From the NCBI GenBank assembly GCA_958295865.1, contig CATQHF010000004.1, forward strand, positions 441,506-505,505: a stretch of 64,000 nucleotides of DNA, written 5' to 3'. Made by a program: the position numbers and the translations under genes. Source of the DNA: an uncultured Dehalococcoidia bacterium. GTDB lineage: Bacteria; Chloroflexota; Dehalococcoidia; Lucifugimonadales; JADFKI01. How positions within the stretch are numbered: position 1 is the first letter of the stretch; each line of letters opens with the position of its first letter. Under the pieces are notes generated by a model, which worked only from the letters and a program-made list of their open reading frames with translations, ran no database searches and was not told the origin of the DNA. Below, piece by piece: positions 60,983 through 64,000 of the stretch.

Positions 60983-61624
60983 TTAGCCTTCGGACTCCTC
61001 GTCGCCTTCGCCCGGCTCTTCGCCTTCTTCGGCGTCTTCGTCGGCAATTCCGAACTCGTCAACCTCGACGCGCGGCGGGCTGACACGGGCAACGAACTCG
61101 TCGCTGTCGGTGAGCACGGTTACATTCGCGCCGATGCTCAGGTCGCTGACGACGATGGACTTCTCGAAGTCGTCGAGGCCGGATATGTCGGCTTCGATGG
61201 CGGCGGGGATGTTCATAGGGAGCGCCTCGACGAGCAGGCTGGTTAGCGGCTGCAAGAGCGTGCCGCCCTGCTGGGTGGCGGGGGCTGCGCCGGTTAGGGT
61301 GATGGGCACTTCGGCGCTGATGGTCTGGGTTACATCCACGCGGATGAAGTCTATGTGCAGGACATCTTCGGTGACGGGGTGTCGCTGCACCTCGCGTATG
61401 AAGCAGATGTTTTCGCCGTCTGAGCCGTCGACTTCCACCGACACGGGGATGTTCGTGCCGACTTGCGGAAGCAGACGCCGCAGCGCGCCGGCCTCGCCTT
61501 GCAGCGCCTGTGAGTCTGTGCCACTGCCGTACATGTGCACGGGCAGGATGCCCTGCCTGCGAAGTTGCTTGACTTTCTTGCCTATCACGGTGCGCTGCGA
61601 TAGACCAAGTTTTTGCATGTCCAT
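60983..61624 (-). CDS. rplY: 50S ribosomal protein L25/general stress protein Ctc, acidic C-terminal tail
   Basis: RTVIGKKVKQLRRQGILPVHMYG...QRHPVTEDVLHIDF. RBS AAGGAG. Confidence 0.9.
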   Translation of the reverse strand: MDMQKLGLSQRTVIGKKVKQLRRQGILPVHMYGSGTDSQALQGEAGALRRLLPQVGTNIPVSVEVDGSDGENICFIREVQRHPVTEDVLHIDFIRVDVTQTISAEVPITLTGAAPATQQGGTLLQPLTSLLVEALPMNIPAAIEADISGLDDFEKSIVVSDLSIGANVTVLTDSDEFVARVSPPRVEVDEFGIADEDAEEGEEPGEGDEESEG

Positions 61625-61703
61625 TCGTTGCGGTACTCCTTGCTGGGGTTTTGGGTGTCGGGTGTTGGGGTTTTGGTTTTGCGTAAATTGGGATAGACGG
61701 GGT

Positions 61704-62120
61704 TTATTGGGGGCGCTCGTCCCGGCTATTCGTGCCGTTCATCTCGTAGTCGTTGATGAGCGTCATCATGCGATGCACATAGCGATGCACGACAGGGCGG
61801 TCATCGGCGATTTCATAATCCTCCATGCCGCCGTGGTGGAAGTTGATGTGAAACTTTTCTGCCGCCAGAAAGCCCGCGAGCAGCAGGTCGTCATGGAGTT
61901 CGCTTGCCAGTCGCGTGGTGGCGTTCTTGTTGTCGCGGCGCGATCGGTATCTCCAGCCGCGCTGCTTGGCGGCGGCAATCGCCGCTTGGGTGGCAGCGCC
62001 GTACAGATTTTCAGAGGCTTGGCGCGTGTCGCCTACGGCGAATTCGGCGTCGGACTGCGCGAGGAATTTTAGCGCCTGCGCGGTGTAGTCCTCGACGGTC
62101 GCTTCTGTTTCCACAGCCAT
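61704..62120 (-). CDS. PaREP1/HEPN-like helical protein
   Basis: ASENLYGAATQAAIAAAKQRGWRYRSRRD...LLLAGFLAAEKFHINFHHGGM matches the PaREP1 pattern (EKxWGAxxxAxKAxAxxRGW...SH...A..LH.NFY). Confidence 0.6.
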   Translation of the reverse strand: MAVETEATVEDYTAQALKFLAQSDAEFAVGDTRQASENLYGAATQAAIAAAKQRGWRYRSRRDNKNATTRLASELHDDLLLAGFLAAEKFHINFHHGGMEDYEIADDRPVVHRYVHRMMTLINDYEMNGTNSRDERPQ

Positions 62121-62229
62121 TGCGAATCGTTCCTGTTCGTGTGAGTTTTACGGCATGTTATTGTAGCACAATGCGGGAATTAGGAATTGGGTTGTGTTCA
62201 GGCTTGGGTGCGATGTTTCGCAGGCTCTT

Positions 62230-62602
62230 CTCGCAGGCGCGGACTCCAGTAGTTGCGATCCCCAGTATCACACCCTCATCTTTGGGCAAGTCTTGGAGCA
62301 TCCGCTGCCAGATGCGCCTTTTGACTTCGCGCAGGTTCGCAGCCGGCCCCGTGAATGTGGTGCGATGCACCTTCCGCCATAGCCGGAAACAGGTGTGAGT
62401 AGTGTCTGCGGAAGTAGTCGTATATGGCTTTGTCCTTGCTGAGTTCCGGGTACTCGCCAGCGACTTCCGTAGCGAGAACTTCGCTGTCGGCGAGCAGGGG
62501 CATAGTGCCTCGCTGTCTGAGTCGTCGGTTTGCCAGTATCTCTTTGAGCATGTCGTCAATCAGGCAGAAAGCGGTTATGATTAGGTCGTCCAGGCGCACG
62601 AC
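62230..62602 (-). pseudogene. IS982-family transposase, N-terminal ~125 codons, frameshifted and truncated
   Basis: RLDDLIITAFCLIDDMLKEI...LRQRGTMPLLADSEVLATEVAGEYPELSKDKAIYDYFRRHYSHLFP, then in another frame VHRTTFTGPAANLREVKRRIWQRML. It is cut off by a family-F repeat near 62230. Confidence 0.7.
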
Positions 62603-62606
62603 ATGC

Positions 62607-62635
62607 GGTTCCCCCGCACACGCGGGGATAGTCCC
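62607..62635 (+). repeat. Solitary 29-nt sequence with the architecture of a type I-E CRISPR repeat
   Basis: GGTTCCCCCGCACACGCGGGGATAGTCCC has a 6-bp stem CCCCGC/GCGGGG, a 4-nt loop and a GGGGAT tail, like GTGTTCCCCGCGCCAGCGGGGATAAACCG. There is only one copy in the window, so I am not calling an array. Confidence 0.35.
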
Positions 62636-62869
62636 GCGCCCCGTCGATGGTAGCATCTCCAAATGGAAGGCGCGGCGGGGCGATGAGGGGAGTGCGATGG
62701 GTATGCTCGGCAGTTGGACGGACGCGCTGGGAGAAGTCAGCGAACCTGGCAGGTCAGATACAAGACGCCCTCACGGTTGGAGCGCTTTCAGCGGGAGATA
62801 AGGTGACAAGAGCGGATGGATACGGCATGGTCTCCTCACAATCCTGCTTCTTATTTCAGCCCAAAAGCA

Positions 62870-62910
62870 AAGGCTGGCATCCTTATCGTATGATAAAAGA
62901 CGCCAGCCTT
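62870..62910 (-). terminator. Possible intrinsic terminator downstream of tRNA-Pro
   Basis: A 12-bp stem (AAGGCTGGCRTC, one mismatch) with a 17-nt loop. On the minus strand it is followed by TGCTTTTGGG. It lies 19 nt after the tRNA 3' end. Confidence 0.35.
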
Positions 62911-62928
62911 CAAACAGAGGCATGCCCA

Positions 62929-63005
62929 TGGTCGGGGAGACTGGATTCGAACCAGCGACCCCCTGCACCCCATGCAGGTGCGCTACCAAACTGCGCTACT
63001 CCCCG
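62929..63005 (-). tRNA. tRNA-Pro (anticodon GGG), CCA encoded
   Basis: The minus strand reads CGGGGAG-TA-GCGC-AGTTTGGTA-GCGC-A-CCTGC-ATGGGGT-GCAGG-GGGTC-GCTGG-TTCGAAT-CCAGT-CTCCCCG-ACCA. The cloverleaf folds by hand. Confidence 0.95.
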
Positions 63006-63059
63006 GCCCGATTTTAGGATAGCATAGCCTACTCCCATCATCAAGGCAATCAGACCTGT

Positions 63060-63123
63060 GGTATTCTCAGTATGTATTGGCATTACAGTCTGGGCGGCGT
63101 ATCAACCGCGTGTTGAGAATACC
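63060..63123. mobile_element. Repeat family E copy (E1), uninterrupted 64-bp form
   Basis: GGTATTCTCAGTATGTATTGGCATTACAGTCTGGGCGGCGTATCAACCGCGTGTTGAGAATACC with 10-bp TIRs. This is the empty-site counterpart of E2. Confidence 0.7.
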
Positions 63124-63218
63124 CTAACGCGGACGGGGTGAGCGGCGGAGGTATGCTTGAGGTTGCTGGTATAATCGCCTTTTAGTTGACACTCACACGC
63201 ACGAAAGAAGGTTTGGAT

Positions 63219-64000
63219 ATGCTGATTCCGTTCACTGCGCCCTACGACCTGAGAGGCACTTTGTGCGGTGGGCAGGCGTTTCGGTGGCGCGATGAGGGCG
63301 ATGGCTGGTTTTGCGGGGTGATATTCGGGAATACGGTCAGGATGCGGAGGGTTGACGAGGGCATAGAGTTTATGAGCGCGCCGGACGATGAGGCGTTTTT
63401 GGCGCAGCCGATTGCAGATTATCTTCGGCTGGATGACGACATGGAGGAGGTATATGCGGCGCTGAGCGAGGATGAGCATCTGGCGGATGCCGTGCGGCAG
63501 CATCGGGGGCTGCGGGTGCTGCGTCAGGAACCTTGGGAGTGCCTCGTGTCGTTCATCTGCTCTGCGAACAACAACATCCCGCGCATTACGGCGAATGTGG
63601 AGGACATGGCGGCGAATTACGGCGAATCGCTGCTTCGCCATAGGCTGCCGCCGCATGATGACGGCGAGGCGAATTCGGAGGCGACTTGCGAAAGGCGCGC
63701 GTTCCCCACGCCGAGGATGCTTGTGCATGCGGGTGAGCAGGCGCTGCGGGACTTGAAGCTCGGGTTTCGCGCGCCGAATGTCATAGCGGCGGCGGCGGGG
63801 ATTGCGGACGGCGACGGGCCCGACCTGTATGCGCTGCGAGAAGCCGATTTCGATGATGCGCTGGCAGAGCTAGTCAAGCTGCGCGGGGTTGCGGACAAGG
63901 TGGCGAACTGCGTGATGCTGTTCTCGCTGGACAAGCCGCAGGCGTTTCCGGTGGATGTGTGGATAGTGAAGGCGATGCGGGACTGGTATCCGGACGCGCC
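63219..64000 (+). CDS. 8-oxoguanine DNA glycosylase / AlkA-like HhH-GPD glycosylase (3' end beyond window)
   Basis: Absent from the ORF track because there is no stop in the window. My translation from ATG 63219 reads MLIPFTAPYDLRGTLCGGQAFRWRDEGDGWF...LRQEPWECLVSFICSANNNIPRITANVEDM...LVKLRGVADKVANCVMLFSLDKPQAFPVDVW (HhH-GPD with the catalytic Lys/Asp region). Confidence 0.85.
   Translation, partial: MLIPFTAPYDLRGTLCGGQAFRWRDEGDGWFCGVIFGNTVRMRRVDEGIEFMSAPDDEAFLAQPIADYLRLDDDMEEVYAALSEDEHLADAVRQHRGLRVLRQEPWECLVSFICSANNNIPRITANVEDMAANYGESLLRHRLPPHDDGEANSEATCERRAFPTPRMLVHAGEQALRDLKLGFRAPNVIAAAAGIADGDGPDLYALREADFDDALAELVKLRGVADKVANCVMLFSLDKPQAFPVDVWIVKAMRDWYPDA

Noticed and set aside
63102-63728. 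208-aa minus-strand ORF
   Set aside because: Antisense of the OGG/AlkA-like glycosylase gene. That gene is missing from the track only because it has no stop inside the window.

Overview
High-GC (about 60-65% by eye) bacterial chromosomal segment with about 65 credible protein genes, tRNA-Ala(GGC) and tRNA-Pro(GGG). No rRNA, CRISPR array, cas genes or complete prophage. The backbone is housekeeping (ruvB; rpsF-ssb-rpsR; L25/Ctc; an OGG/AlkA-type glycosylase at the right edge; a PrpD/MmgE gene at the left edge) plus many redox and hydrolase enzymes: acyl-CoA dehydrogenase, LLM monooxygenase, three SDRs, amidohydrolase, MBL, HAD dehalogenase, enolase-superfamily enzyme, homocysteine methyltransferase, histidine-decarboxylase-like enzyme, CapA and GNATs. 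Accessory material is interleaved: MazEF plus DUF433, a decayed hicB, DUF4258/DUF2283, a PaREP1/HEPN-like gene, an orphan DPPY DNA methyltransferase, four kinds of IS relic (ISAs1, two IS5-type, IS982), and an isolated terminase-large plus portal gene pair. Nearly every long intergenic gap is filled by several families of short palindromic or MITE-like repeats. The window itself shows their mobility through target-site duplications, reciprocal nesting, and one filled-versus-empty site pair. Candidate undescribed systems: (1) a low-GC cassette of two divergent DUF488 genes plus a 245-aa unknown (6.3-8.0 kb); (2) a 38-heptad, Met-rich, tail-anchored coiled-coil gene inside the rpsF-ssb-rpsR operon; (3) intact TerL and portal genes under their own consensus promoter with no other phage genes; (4) a repeated module of about 115-120 aa on two different polytopic membrane proteins; (5) a His/Glu/Gly-rich triple-domain lipoprotein upstream of a two-component system. 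Lineage cannot be determined from this window. Family assignments come from motif recognition in the translations, not database searches.
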